DNA of 64,000 nucleotides from Eledone cirrhosa (lineage: Eukaryota), in assembly GCA_964016885.1 (NCBI GenBank), contig OZ024741.1, positions 142,600,001-142,664,000 on the forward strand, read 5' to 3'. The first letter of the stretch is position 1, and each line of letters starts with the position of its first letter. Under the pieces are notes generated by a model. It saw only the letters and a program-made list of their open reading frames with translations. It was not told the origin of the DNA and ran no database searches. The translations under genes were made by a program, and so were the position numbers. Below are positions 41,326 to 53,900 of the stretch, in pieces.

Positions 41326-42072
41326 CACCAAACGTTGAAGAGATTAGTGGTACAATATGTATCAGTATGGCATGGGGTCAGACTGTATGCTCCCTGTCTC
41401 TCTTACAGTAACTAGAAATGTTCCAGCTTGCCTGAATTAACGAGATGTAGTATCTCACCTTCTGTCAAGCTCGCAGTGTCTCTCAACTCCTTACTGCCGC
41501 CACCACTACCACCATCACTACAATCGCCGCCACCACTACCACTACCGTGACCATTATCATCATTATCGTCAAAGACATGCCCATAACATTCTGCAGAAAT
41601 CGTCAAACTACCATATGCCCACATAAAATCCCACAATTTCTAAGCGAATGAACCTGTCAGAAATGTCAATCAAATCAAATCAAATTTAAATCACACCCTA
41701 CCCTAGAAAAGGAAAACTACACTAGGTGATGTGCTAGATATATAGTAAGAACTCTGCCGGTTTTGATCACAAGTATTCCAGTTCAACTGATCAATGAAAT
41801 GGCCTGCTCGTGAAATAAACATTCTACAGGCATTTGTACCCGTGACATAGTTCTCGGAGAGAGGGGGGGATTCAGCATGAGACAATGTGTGACCAGGATG
41901 GCCCTTAGAATTACAAGTATAACTCATATTTGCCAGCTGAGTGGAGAGGGGTAACTTGAAATAAAGTATCTTGCTCAAGGATACAACGTGCCACCAGGAA
42001 TTGAACTAGCTGTCTTACAATTGTGAAGATGGTGCAGGACAGAACAAAGGAGTGACACAAAATAACAAATTG

Positions 42073-42115
42073 GTCACTGAGGAGGTCACAGAATATGTGA
42101 CGACAGAGCTTTGAC
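42073..42115 (+). ncRNA. Degenerate type-I hammerhead
   Basis: GTCA-CTGAGGA-g-GTCACA gaata TGTGAC-GACA(GAAA mutated)-gagc-tt-TGAC-AATAAA. Confidence 0.6.
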
Positions 42116-42290
42116 AATAAACAAATAAACAACCTTCCAGTTATTAAACTAACCAACTGGAAGTTTATAATAAATTGAAGTGAAAACCAACAGATGCATT
42201 ATTTTTATTAGCATGACCCTCCCGAAGTATAACAATACCTGTTTCAACACACGTTTTCAGATAAGAAATCTTGCAAAACAAATACAAAAA

Positions 42291-42337
<47 letters not shown>

Positions 42338-42554
42338 TGTTAGAAATAGCAGCCAAATCTCTCTCAAATCACACTATACTGTCATAATTAAGGAAAGAAC
42401 TCATAAAATAATGCAATTCGACATAGCTCTTTAAAAAATACTGGAACGCTTTGCACATATATCTGCTTGGTCAAGGTTAACCAACAACATCTAAATCTCC
42501 ACACCCCGACCCCTTTATTTTCGTCGGACAGAATAAAAAACGATCAGGGCTGGC

Positions 42555-42770
42555 TTGGTCAAAATAAGTACACACTCAGCGCATCAAGGGAAGAGAGACA
42601 CTGCTATATTCAAAATAAGTACATGTTTGGGGCATCAAAAGAAGAGGGGCATTATTTTATTTAAAATAAGCACGCTTAGGGCATCAAGTGGGCAACGTTA
42701 TATTCAAAATAAAAATAAGCACCTTTACGTTTGCAGCATCAAGAGAAGAGGGGCAGCATTTTATCAAATA
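42555..42770. repeat. Degenerate tandem repeat of about 50 bp
   Basis: aaaataag(t/c)ac...gcatcaa...g(g)gca...tatt, 4 copies. Confidence 0.7.
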
Positions 42771-42791
42771 ATGAAATGTTTCGTTCCCTCC

Positions 42792-42826
<35 letters not shown>

Positions 42827-44074
42827 AGACTTTATCATCGAGGAGGTGGGCAATAATCTTAACTTAATCTGACCCTAGAAGTGATACAACGAAAGACATG
42901 CTTGCGACTTTGGCACAACTAGCAAACACTTGGTCCCATCGATTGGCTGTATCAATCTTAATTATGGAATGAAAACAAAGAATGCGACAAGATATTTTAC
43001 TTTTTTTTTTATTCGAAACTCTATTTGTCAAAGTTTTATGGAATATACTGTCATTACTGAATACTCTGTTCTTTATATATTTTAAAATACATGATAGTAA
43101 ATAAGATATATGAATTAGTACAAAACGTAGGGGGACAATTTTTTCCTTTATTCCGTTTTTACTTTTGGGAAATTCCCCTTTTTCCGTTTTGACTTCTGAT
43201 AAATTCCGTTTTTTTTTTTTTATTGTACTTCATGTTAAATTTCAATAAATTATACTATAAATATTAAAACAGGGATAAATTACTAAGTTTTATGAAAATA
43301 TTATCGCGAAAATTGTTCTGCCGCGAACCATAGAAAAGTATTTTGCGAGCCATATACGGCCCGCATGTTTGAGACCCCCTGACTTATTGTCTGAACTTTA
43401 ATTTCAGAATAAAGCCTAAACGAAGGGAAATGTAAACAGTGTGCGTGTGTTTTAAATGGTTAATATGACTGTAGCCTAAGTATTTCAATTTCAATATACA
43501 ATCAATATCACACCAAATCACTGCATTAAAACACAACGGCAAACAATTTTTTTTTAATACAAGAAAGACAGTGCTTGAAAGAAAAAAGATAAAATGTTTC
43601 TAATCTTTTTTTTTTTTTACAGTCAGTTGAAAGGAAAGTAAAATACAATTCAGCGAATTCATTAAAAGAGCAGTGGACAGACATAAAAACATAAACACAC
43701 ATACGAAACCCCTTTGGGGAAAGTCATAAAACAATCACAAGTGTCTGAGACCTTATATTCCCTGAATATATATGTGTGTGTGTGTTATACATATATATAT
43801 ACATAACAAGAAAAGCGATGAAGTTTCGTTTACAAGTATTTTTTTTTTTATTGTTTGTTACACGCGTTTCGCAGAGAATTGGCTCAAGGTCACCCATGAA
43901 GACGTAGACCCGACATGTAACGAAAATACATCGTTTTTCTTATTATATATACCATGCTATGCATCGAGTACTCATATTGGCACCACCTCCAGTAATTCAA
44001 AGTATCATATCCACACACATACATATATACTTATACATATATATATATATAACAAAGAAAATGTGGTAAGGAAC

Positions 44075-44178
44075 CTGATGGACCATAACGTACCAGAGTA
44101 CTCAATACTTAGGGTAGTAGAGTGGGTAATGAGTCCAGAAATAGCTGTCGAAACGGCTTGAGCTCTGCCGTCGGGGTC
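44075..44178 (+). ncRNA. Hammerhead-like motif with long stem II insertion; partial repeat at 44601-44660
   Basis: CTGATG(A missing)-GAC...GTC-GAAAC-GGC ttgagctct GCC-GTC-ggggtc. Confidence 0.5.
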
Positions 44179-44187
44179 ATACTTTTT

Positions 44188-44223
<36 letters not shown>

Positions 44224-45264
44224 AGTACAGTATATTCGAAGTTCGATCAGCAGCTAAACCAACGAATGCCTTCAGCAGTGCAGCCAAGCACTCGACAAGG
44301 TATAGACCTCAGAGTAATAAACATGCAGTTTAAAGGGCTTTGCAAATTGAAAATAGCGACCTCTAATTCAGCCGCGTGATCTGTAGCAACGACAGAACTG
44401 ACTAGTGAGAAAAGGAAATACACACACACATATATATATATATACATATAAAAATATACATACATACATATATGCACATATCTGTATATATATAACATGT
44501 ATATATATATATATGTATATATAAATGAAAGGTATAGAAATTGTTTTAGCGAGAAGCTAACAGTATTCCATAACATATATGCGACTATATATATATATTT
44601 AGTCCAGAAATAGCCGTCGAAACGGCTTGAGCTCTGCTGTCGGGGTCATACTTTTTCCGATATATATATACATACACACACATATATTTATATATATGTT
44701 TATATACACATTTATATATACATGTACATATATATATATCGATTGTTTTCCTTACTTCGACTACCTTTTTCTCTGTATCTCTTTTGTGATCCCGTCTCTA
44801 TTTGTGTAGTGATGAAGAGCCTGACACGTCGAACTTTCTTTCCCCTTTTCTATATAAAGCGTGAAACTAATAAGACCTTTTGAACCTGTTGTCTCCTTGA
44901 CATACATGTATACAAAGATATACATACATGTATATAAACAAGTATACATGTATATAAACAAGTATACATGTATATATACAAGTATATATATATACACATA
45001 CACACACACACACATATATATATATAGATATAGATATATATCTATATATATAAATAAATTTTAGTACAGCATTAACGAAGCTTTAGAACACGGCCAAGCT
45101 AACGAATGCAGAATCGGTCTGTAGCGCTAGCACTCGGATGAGGAAAAGAACCCCAGAGTAATAACAATACGTTCAGACAGCTTAGCAAATCAGATATAGC
45201 GGTCGGCAGTCCAGCCGCATCACTAGAGCAACGAAAATACAGGACCCAGGAAAAGATTTTATAC

Positions 45265-45303
<39 letters not shown>

Positions 45304-45367
45304 TTGAAACCTCCACTTCCTAATATAACTGTAAATTTGCCTCCTGTGTTTTGTTTGTTTCATTTAT

Positions 45368-45432
<65 letters not shown>

Positions 45433-45501
45433 AAGTTTCCGTTGAAAATTGAAAAAGTCATAGGAGTGAAGAGTGCTCTATGTAAGTACCAGAGCTAAAT
45501 T

Positions 45502-45688
45502 TAATGTATAATAAACAATACAATATAATTACCTCATTACCAGAGGTTTCCCGAATAAGACGAATACAAAACACGTCCTCATTCGTTCATCGGACAAGGA
45601 TGAACGAATGAGGACGTGTTTCATATCCGTCTTATTCGGGAAACCTCTGGTAATGAGGTAATTATATTGTATTGTTTATTATACATTA
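45502..45688. repeat. Fold-back palindrome (arms about 90 bp, 7-nt spacer) with hammerhead-like motifs
   Basis: ttcatc-ggacaag-gatgaa centre. The minus arm reads ccgatga-aCGAATGAGGACG..CGTCTTATTCGg-GAAACC tct GGTA. Confidence 0.9.
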
Positions 45689-46028
45689 TATTATATATAT
45701 ATATATATATATATATGAAAATAGAGAAATTAATTGTTTCTACTTTAGGCACAAGGCCAGCAATTACCTAGTACATTACTGGTACTTTATATTACCGACC
45801 CCGTAAGGATGAAAGGCAAAGTTAACCTCGGCGGAATTTGAACTCAGACTGTAAAGGGACGTAACTATGATAGAAAGCATGGTGTCCAACCCTCTACCGA
45901 TACTGCCAATTCACCGTAAGAAGCCAACAGTAATTCATACATATAAGTGACTATTACGTCGAATTATATATATATATATATATATAATCGAAAACGAAAA
46001 ATTAGTGATGCATCTGAACTCAATTTAT

Positions 46029-46117
46029 TGTGTTACAATTGTTTCGCCGGCGGACAGCTCGAGCGCGATCATTGTGTGGATATGTCTGATTCTGGACCCG
46101 CAGGTTCGACGGACACA
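46029..46117 (-). ncRNA. Degenerate type-I hammerhead with extended stem II
   Basis: TGTGT-ccgtcga-aCCtGCGG...CCGCcGGc-GAAAC-AATT-GTA/ACACA-ATAAA. The core has two substitutions. Confidence 0.55.
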
Positions 46118-46159
46118 TCTAATGATTTCGGAGCATATTCTCTATATATATATAACTAT

Positions 46160-46868
46160 ATTACGTGTTCCAGCGAACAGGCTGAGGCCATGCTGGGGTA
46201 CTGCCATTGAAGCTACACTCTCTACAGCTAGCTTTCCTTGGATACAAAAGGGCGTTTGTTGCTGCTGCCCTTATTTGTGCTGTCTGTTCATCTGAGATCT
46301 TGGTCAGCAGAATGTTGAGTTGTCTCTTGAAAACATCTACATGCACACCATATAGATCTCTGAGATTTTTTGACAGCTTATTAAAAGGCTGGGGTCTCTT
46401 GAACCAAGGCTATTGCAGTATGTGGTCCTTATTCTTGATGCGATGGATCGGACCTTTGGCACTATACAGTGGCGACATGTTCGTGGGTTGGTCATGCCTT
46501 CACTGCTAACCCTTTCAGGATCTTCCATACGTATATCACTGCGCACGTCTCCCATCTTCGCTACAAGGTGTAGAGCTTTAGTTTTTTCAGCTTCTCCCAG
46601 TAGCTCATCTCTTTCATTGGGGTAATAATCCTCTTGATGTAGCTTTGTTGGATTGCTTCAAGTTCTGGAGTTAGTTTGACACTGTGAGGCGACCACAACT
46701 GAGAGCAATAGTTAACTCGGCTGAGGACAAAAGTTCTCTAGGGGACCATCATGAATTCCGGGTCTCTTGTTCTGAAAGTGGTCAGAATCCAACCCGCCAG
46801 TCGTCTGCACATTGCTGTCATTTTGATGATGTGCGCATGAAACGATGCATGTCAATACTCAAGTCCCC
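46160..46868 (-). mobile_element. 5'-truncated CR1-clade LINE 3' end
   Basis: AGWILTTFRTRDPEFM..FVLSRVNYCSQLWSP..LEAIQ and VDVFKRQLNILLTKISDE peptides; 3' UTR ccccagcatggcctcagcc. Confidence 0.85.
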
Positions 46869-46897
46869 CATATATATAAATACACACACACACATGT

Positions 46898-46928
<31 letters not shown>

Positions 46929-47412
46929 CACACACACACATATATATACACACACACACACATATATATATATATACACACACACATATATACACACACA
47001 CATATATATACACACACATATATACACACACACATATATATACACACACATATATACACACACACATATATACACACACACACACATATACACACACACA
47101 TATACACACACACATATACACACACATATATATATACACACATATATATATATATATATGTATATATACACATATATATATATATATATATATACATATT
47201 TTAAGTATTTCCGAAGAAAAAGCAAAGGATAAAAGAGTGCTCTATGTATAATACAGAACTATTTAATTTTACTTTCTAATAAAATATATACATACATATA
47301 CAAATATATATGCATATATGTCAATATCCAAGTCCCATGTAAATTTATATGAAGTGTTTCCGTAGGAAGGGTAAAGGAAAAGAGAGTGCTCTATGTAGGC
47401 TACAGAGCTTTT

Positions 47413-47587
47413 TAGTTATGTAATAAACAACATAAGATAATTATTTCATTTACCAAAGGTTTCACGAAGACAGACGAGCCTGACAAACGTCTGACGACCG
47501 AAGTCAGACGTCTGTGTCAGGTTCGTCTGTCTTCGTGAAACCTTTGGTAAATGAAATAATTATCTTATGTTGTTTATTACATAACTA
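47413..47587. repeat. Fold-back palindrome (arms about 84 bp, 7-nt spacer) with a hammerhead motif
   Basis: cgtctgac-gaccgaa-gtcagacg centre. The plus strand reads CTGACGA-cCGAAGtCAGACG..CGTCTGtCTTCGt-GAAACC ttt GGTA. Confidence 0.9.
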
Positions 47588-47610
47588 TATATATATAATA
47601 TATATATATA

Positions 47611-47673
47611 TACTCTTTTACTCTTTTACCTGTTTCAGCCATCCGGCTGAGGCCATGCTGGGGCACCGCCCTT
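47611..47673 (-). mobile_element. CR1-type 3' tail unit of about 63 bp; copies at 58947-59010 (-) and 62292-62358 (+)
   Basis: caagggcggtgccccagcatggcctcagccggatggctgaaacagg(taaaagag)n, homologous to the 3' end of the CR1 at 46160. Confidence 0.75.
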
Positions 47674-48001
47674 GTATATATATATATATATAATATACAT
47701 ATATATATACATATATATATATATACCCTTGGTATTGACCATAGAGATTATTATTTATTAAGGCCAAGCTTGAGTCTTGTTACTCAGGAAACTCCAGAGT
47801 AACACACACACACATATATATATATGAAATGAGGGTTGTACTTATATACACACATTTTTTTTGTTTACTTTTCTACCTGAAATAGAAATGTCAAACTTTC
47901 CTAACCAAACTATCGAAGTAATAAACCGATCGTACTACCAACTAACCACACAAATTCAATACAGAGCCAATAAAAAAATGTTTTTTTAGCTTAACACTTA
48001 C

Positions 48002-49090
48002 CGTTTCGTTTTCCGACTTGAGATCACTTATATGTCTGTCCTTCTGTGCAAGCAAGTCCTGTTGGTGGTGGATAAAGTCTATATGGAGAAGCAAGAGTTC
48101 TTTGAGATTTTTGTCCTCGGTTGCCGATACTTCGGCAAACTGGCATGTTGATGGCCTGATATTGTGCTGTTGTGGTTGTTGTTGAGAGTGGTGGTGATGA
48201 TAGTGATTGTTGTTATTGTTGTTGTGGTGGTGGTGGTGGTGGTTGTTGTTGTGATGGTGATGGTGATGGTGGAGGTGATGCCGATGGTGCGGGCTGCTGT
48301 TGTTGTGTTGCTGTGAGTTGGTGTCGGACGACAACGATGACAATGACGACAACAGAGGCACGGGTGTCGCCGACAGGGGCAGTGTGTCGCCGCTGCTGCT
48401 AGTAGTGGAGGTAGTAAATGTTGGAGTCGTTGTCGTCGTCGTCGAGCCGGCCAATGCCGGTGACGAAATGGTGGTTGTAGTAGTAATAGTAGTGTTGCTA
48501 TGGTTAGTAGTAGTAGTAGTCGCAGTGGTATTATCGCTATTGTAATTGTGATAGTAGTTGTTTGTGTCGTTAGTGTTCAAGTCCGTTATGGGAGTTAGTA
48601 AGGGTACATGTAGGCCACTGGTGAGGGTGGTGATATTGTTGTTCTGTGCTATGTATTTGTTACTGTTATTTGTTAAACAACTTTTACTATAATTGGTTGT
48701 CGCTGTCAAAGCGCAAACACTGTTGTTATTGTTAGTGGTGTTGGTAGTAACCATGGCAGAATGGTGAGGGATGTTAGCGTTAATTGTATTATTGTTGTTA
48801 CTGTCACCACTAGTAGTACAGTTACTATTACCACTAATTCCACCACCAGCTCTACAATCACTATTACTGCTAGCGGAGAGACAACAACAGCAACAACAAC
48901 AACAATTACTGTTGTTGTTGTTGATGATGGTGCCGTTGTTTTGTTTGTCAGTGTTGTTAAAATGGTGGTGTTGGTGCGGGTTTTGTGTGTAAAAATCTTG
49001 TTTCTGTTGGCAGTGGTTGTTATCTGAGGAGGAAGTGGTGACGACGACGAAACTACTGTTGGTAGTAACGGCGGCGGGGAAGGAGGAAGC

Positions 49091-49124
<34 letters not shown>

Positions 49125-50041
49125 TTAGTAGTAATAACAGTAGAAGCAGAGAAGATGGCAGTGGCGGGGTTTAACGGCGGCGCCGCCGCTATCGCGCCAC
49201 TGTTTCCGAACAAAGTGGTGCTATGAGAAGAGATCCTGGCTCTCGGATCACTCGGCGACAACGAATTACTGTCCTCGTCCAGTCTGAATAATGACGAACC
49301 GTTTGTGTAATAAAGGCTGCTGTTTTGATTCGTCTTCTCATTAACATTACTATTATTATTATTGCCGTTGTTAGCATTAATATTATTGTAATTACTAGAA
49401 CTACTACTACTATTACTGCTACCGTTGTGATTGCTGCCAATTGCCTCTCTGTCCACCATCGCTAGTCCCGTATAACTAGTCCCAAATGTAACGATCCGGT
49501 TGTTGTTGATACTGCTGTTGTCTCTCGACAGTATTTCACACCCCGCCGCAACAGTCAACCCCAGACCTGTGGTGTCGCTGCCACCCGCGCACCGTCCATT
49601 CTTCGGGTGATCCGGCATAAGCAAAGACAAATCGGCGGTAAAGCCACCAGAAGCACCGTCCAAGTCGCCATTCTCTATCGTCGAAAGTAATTGCGACATA
49701 CTGGTGGTGTTGTTATTATAACTACCACTACTACCTCCACCAATACTACTACCAAAACTACTACTATAGCTAATATTAGTATCACTGGTAGCGTTGTTAT
49801 TGCTGATGTTACTACTACTACTACAACTAATACTACCACTACTTCTAACACTAGTGTTTTTACTGCTGCTGATGTTGTTAGTGGTGGTAGTAGTAGTCGT
49901 AGTAGTGTTGTTAGTGTTGTTGTTGTTGTTGTTGTTACGGCCTGGAGTGACCAGGCCTTGTTGTCTCCCATCGGTCGTTGGCGTCATATACTGACCACTG
50001 CTACCGACCAACAGGTCTGACCTAATGCTATTGCCAGTCAT
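48002..50041 (-). CDS. MSL1: Large N-terminal coding exon of a male-specific lethal 1 (MSL1) homologue
   Basis: 680-codon open frame. The end, NLKELLLLHIDFIHHQQDLLAQKDRHISDLKSENET, matches the MSL1 dimerisation coiled coil (human LKQILLLQLDLIEQQQQQLQAKEKEIEELKSERDT, from memory). It ends at a phase-0 donor ACG|GTAAGT (48002/48001). The start codon is uncertain. Confidence 0.8.
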
Positions 50042-50914
50042 CGGACATCGTGTTTTTTTAGAAGAGTTACTTCGCCTTGAGGACGTCGTGGTTGTATTTA
50101 CTGTCGAAATGTATAAATATATATATATATATACGTGTGTGTTAGTGTATGTCTGGTTGTATATATATTTATGTTTGTGTATGTGTATCTACGTGCGTGT
50201 ATGTATGTATTAAATCCAGGTAGTAAGTACAATAAGTAACCAACCGTTCGGTAATTTTTTCTCTTTTTTCGTGCCTTTTTTTTTTTTTTTCGTTTCGATG
50301 TTCGGTTGGACGGGGCAAGGGGAATTTGATGGAAGAAGTAAGAAAGCGACCCGGAGGACAACACAAACCGTAAAATCGGCAGTCGACAATGTCTGTCTGT
50401 TACACGTATCTCTCTTACTGTTTCTCCGTGTTTCTTTTAGAGGATGGTGATATATGATGATAGTAGGTGACGAAGCAGAAAAACAAACGTAGGTAAATGA
50501 GGAACCTTTAAGTTAGAGTGAGCGAGGAGACAGTGGCGCTGGAGATTTCTTTTTCTCTTTAGTTTTTTGTTTTTTTCTAACCTTCAAACATTAGAGAGCG
50601 CTGTTTCTCTCATTCACTCTCTCACATATACATACAAACACTGGCATACGCAGAAACACACACACACTGACGCACGTTAGAACACACATACACGTGTGTG
50701 CGCGAGAACAAACTCATACTTACATCTACAGAAAGACCAATCTACGCGCGCATAGATCTACACACATGAAACAGAAGAAAATGTAACACAATAGCCTTTC
50801 AATATAATCGCTCTCTATCTCTCTCTCTCTCTCTTTCTATATATATATATTTATCGAGAGTTTTATGTACGAGATTTATTATACACACACACATAGATAT
50901 ACACATACAGCCTC

Positions 50915-50962
50915 TATTGGCCAAATGGTGCTCGGAAGTGAAGAGGAGGTACTAGTTCCGTT
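50915..50962. promoter_or_regulatory. Candidate MSL1 promoter-proximal motif cluster
   Basis: ATTGG (CCAAT box), ccaaatgg (YY1-like) and CGGAAGT plus ttccg (ETS) within 50 bp, about 0.9 kb upstream of the ATG. Confidence 0.4.
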
Positions 50963-53900
50963 TAGCTTAGTAATAAACTTATAATGTTCTATTCCAGTTG
51001 ACAAGCAACAACAAAAAAATAAAAGAAAGAAAAATAATTATAATTCAAAGGGCATTTTAAAAAAAATGTTTATCAAACTATTTGTCTCCCCATTCCACCG
51101 TAGAAATTTGTAAAAATCCAGACAATGGTATCAAGTTGAGATATTTATGGTCTGCGTGTTGTTTAGCCCCTGGTCAACTATGATCCAGGGGAGATATATA
51201 AAGACGTTCCAGGCATGATCATCTCATCCGGGGTTTTTTTTTTTCCACGTATAATGTAATATATTTTAGACTTACATTATGCAACACCTCCCCATTTTTA
51301 AGGAAGTACAAAGTGATTTAAGATAGATTTGACTGCTATTTCTAGCAAGTAAAGTCTCCCTCGCTGGCTTGTGATGTGTATTAAGAGTCTTCAAGTAGAC
51401 TGACGTTTTCGAAGTCGAGACAAAAGAAAGATCTTTTAGATTTCTAAGTGAGAAGAAAAAAAAACTTACGTTGTTTGAAGGTGCTTTTTTTTTTTACTTA
51501 GATGTAGAAATGTGGGGCGGGTATTTTCGTTCATTTTTAATTTGTTTTGTAAGTGGACTCCTTTGAAAACTGAACAATATTTTTTTTTTCGATGTTTTAT
51601 TTAACCCTAGGTCAGCCTTAATCAAATGCATTACAAACCTTGACCATCTCTTTTTTTTCTTTATGAAATGTAGTGTATCTGAGAATATATTCTCCAATGC
51701 ATCGCTTTTTTAAATACATAAGGGATTTTGATTACTATTTCTAGCAGGTCGAGAGACCACGTACAGGCTTCCGTGTTGACTCGACAGTGCTGTTGTTTAA
51801 GCTCCAGGTCGCCCTGGGTATAGCAGAACAATGATCAGAGACGTTCCAGTCGTAACTATAGTTCTGTTTATAGAGAGAGAGAGGGATAGCAAAAGGAAAT
51901 GTATAGTGAGGGACAGTGAGTAGAAAGAGAAGCAGAAAGAAAAAGGGAAACAGATATAAAGAGTTAAGGGTAAATATAAGTATTGGAGATTGAGTTGAAC
52001 GTAGGAGAGTTAAAAGTCTTGTCTTGTTTTCTATTATAATTCCATTCACATTAAGGATGCATTTATAGGAATATAAGGGCGACCGAGTACTTAACTGGTA
52101 CTTTATTTAATCGACACCGGAAGGCTAAAAAGCTAAGTGGATCTCCGCCGTAAAAAGCCGTAACATATAATAAATTTAAGGAGATGAATAAAAAAGATAG
52201 GTATAGAAAGAGATCTGGAAAAAATAAAGAGAAATCAATATAAAATGGCAGAGTGGAGAGGTCGACAAAAAGGATGTAAAGTAGGACAGAGAATACCAAC
52301 TATCCAGAAGGCAAATTATATATTTTAAAAAAAGATGGAGTAGCTGTGAATTCATCTATGTGATCAGAATAGAAAATGAAGTATTAAGACATAAACATAG
52401 GGTATATACAAGATATGTGGATGGGTTATTCGTTGTAATGGACAAACCGGAAGTCTTTGAAATTTTAACAGAAGACCTAGAAAAACAACTCCATACTGAA
52501 ATATAGCACTTAGAACAATTCAAATAAGTCTCCATTTCTCGACAAACATTGAAATAGAAAATAACAGATCACGGCCGTTTATACCAAAAACACGAATAAA
52601 TGTATATACCTATAAGGAGACACTAACTGCCCATACAGATACACAATATGATAAGTTCTCTACTTAGAATCTTCTACAAATAAAGCTCTAGAAAAAGAAA
52701 TACACCGAAGAAAATGAACTCTAATCAACAACATGTATTTTAACAGATCTACTCCGATTAAAAATACTTAAACCACGCATAAAGTGTATTATTTTGTCTT
52801 TCCAACAAAGCAGTAAGTAACCAGCAATAAAGCAGCCCGAAAACAACCACTGTTGTCGTAAATTACAAAAGAAAATACAAAACAGAAAATGTTATGAGAC
52901 ACTGCCTGTTAAAGCAGATGATTTTAAAGAATTAACATTATCCCAATCTGAGAAACAAGAAGAGGAGATTTCTGTAAAGCAGACCTTGGAGAATATAGAA
53001 ACTCGATCATGGAAAGAAAGAACATCAATCCAGATGTGACCACAGTGTTCTATATAAGCTGAGACATTAGTCGAGATGTGACAAGTGTTCTGTATAGGTA
53101 GTGCGTCAGTCCAGATGTATAACAATGTTATCTATAAGGGTCAAAGGTGAATAAGAAACTTATGAAGATGAAGAATAAATTCGAAAGAAAATTAATGATG
53201 AACTCGTTATAGAGGCCTAACATTCATAGCGATTGATTTAACAATAATTCTAATATAATCATTCTATTTAAGATTTTAGAAAACTGATGAACCTAACAGA
53301 CGAAAACTAGAAGAAACCAGAAAAACAGTATTGAGAACAGTAATAAGAATATCATCAGATTTCGTGTATGGGTTAATGGGAAAGGGCTTTGTTTTGCTGT
53401 GTGTGTTTTTGTTGTTGTTTTTCACTCCAAGCAAGGCAATAAACTACCAAAATGCAATGATTTACTGAGAAGGAAAAATGACAAACCAGAGAGAACATAA
53501 TTCAAGGAGAGAGAAGATGACGATTGATGTTGCTTTTGAATTTGTGTAAATTGTATTGGGCAGGAAAGCAAGAAGAAAATTCCATAGACGAAATGTGAGG
53601 GAAGAAATTATCAGAATAGAATTTGCGATTACATTTAGGAATTTCAACTGTAAAAAGATAAGACCTAGCCACCAATCTGTTGAAAATAAATAACTGCTGA
53701 GCACCCCAATCGACCACCGAATGCATGTGAAGTTCAAGAGAACCAGTCATTTCCATCAGATCAAACAAATCAAATTTTTGATTCAAGCAAAAATACAGAG
53801 AAAACAATATTAGACACGATGTCGTACGGAAGATAATTATTATAAACTATAAGCAAGGTCGAACCCAGAGAAGAAACTTAAGGAACACCAGATGAGATGG

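Noticed and set aside
41412-41500. Peptide SLTEGEILHLVNSGKLEHF resembling an HMG-CoA reductase segment
   Set aside because: Only about 19 aa, followed by an immediate stop, with no neighbouring homology; probably chance.
47942-48001. ORF tail VSVKLKKHFFIGSVLNLCG*
   Set aside because: Read-through into the intron past the GTAAGT donor; homology stops at ENET.
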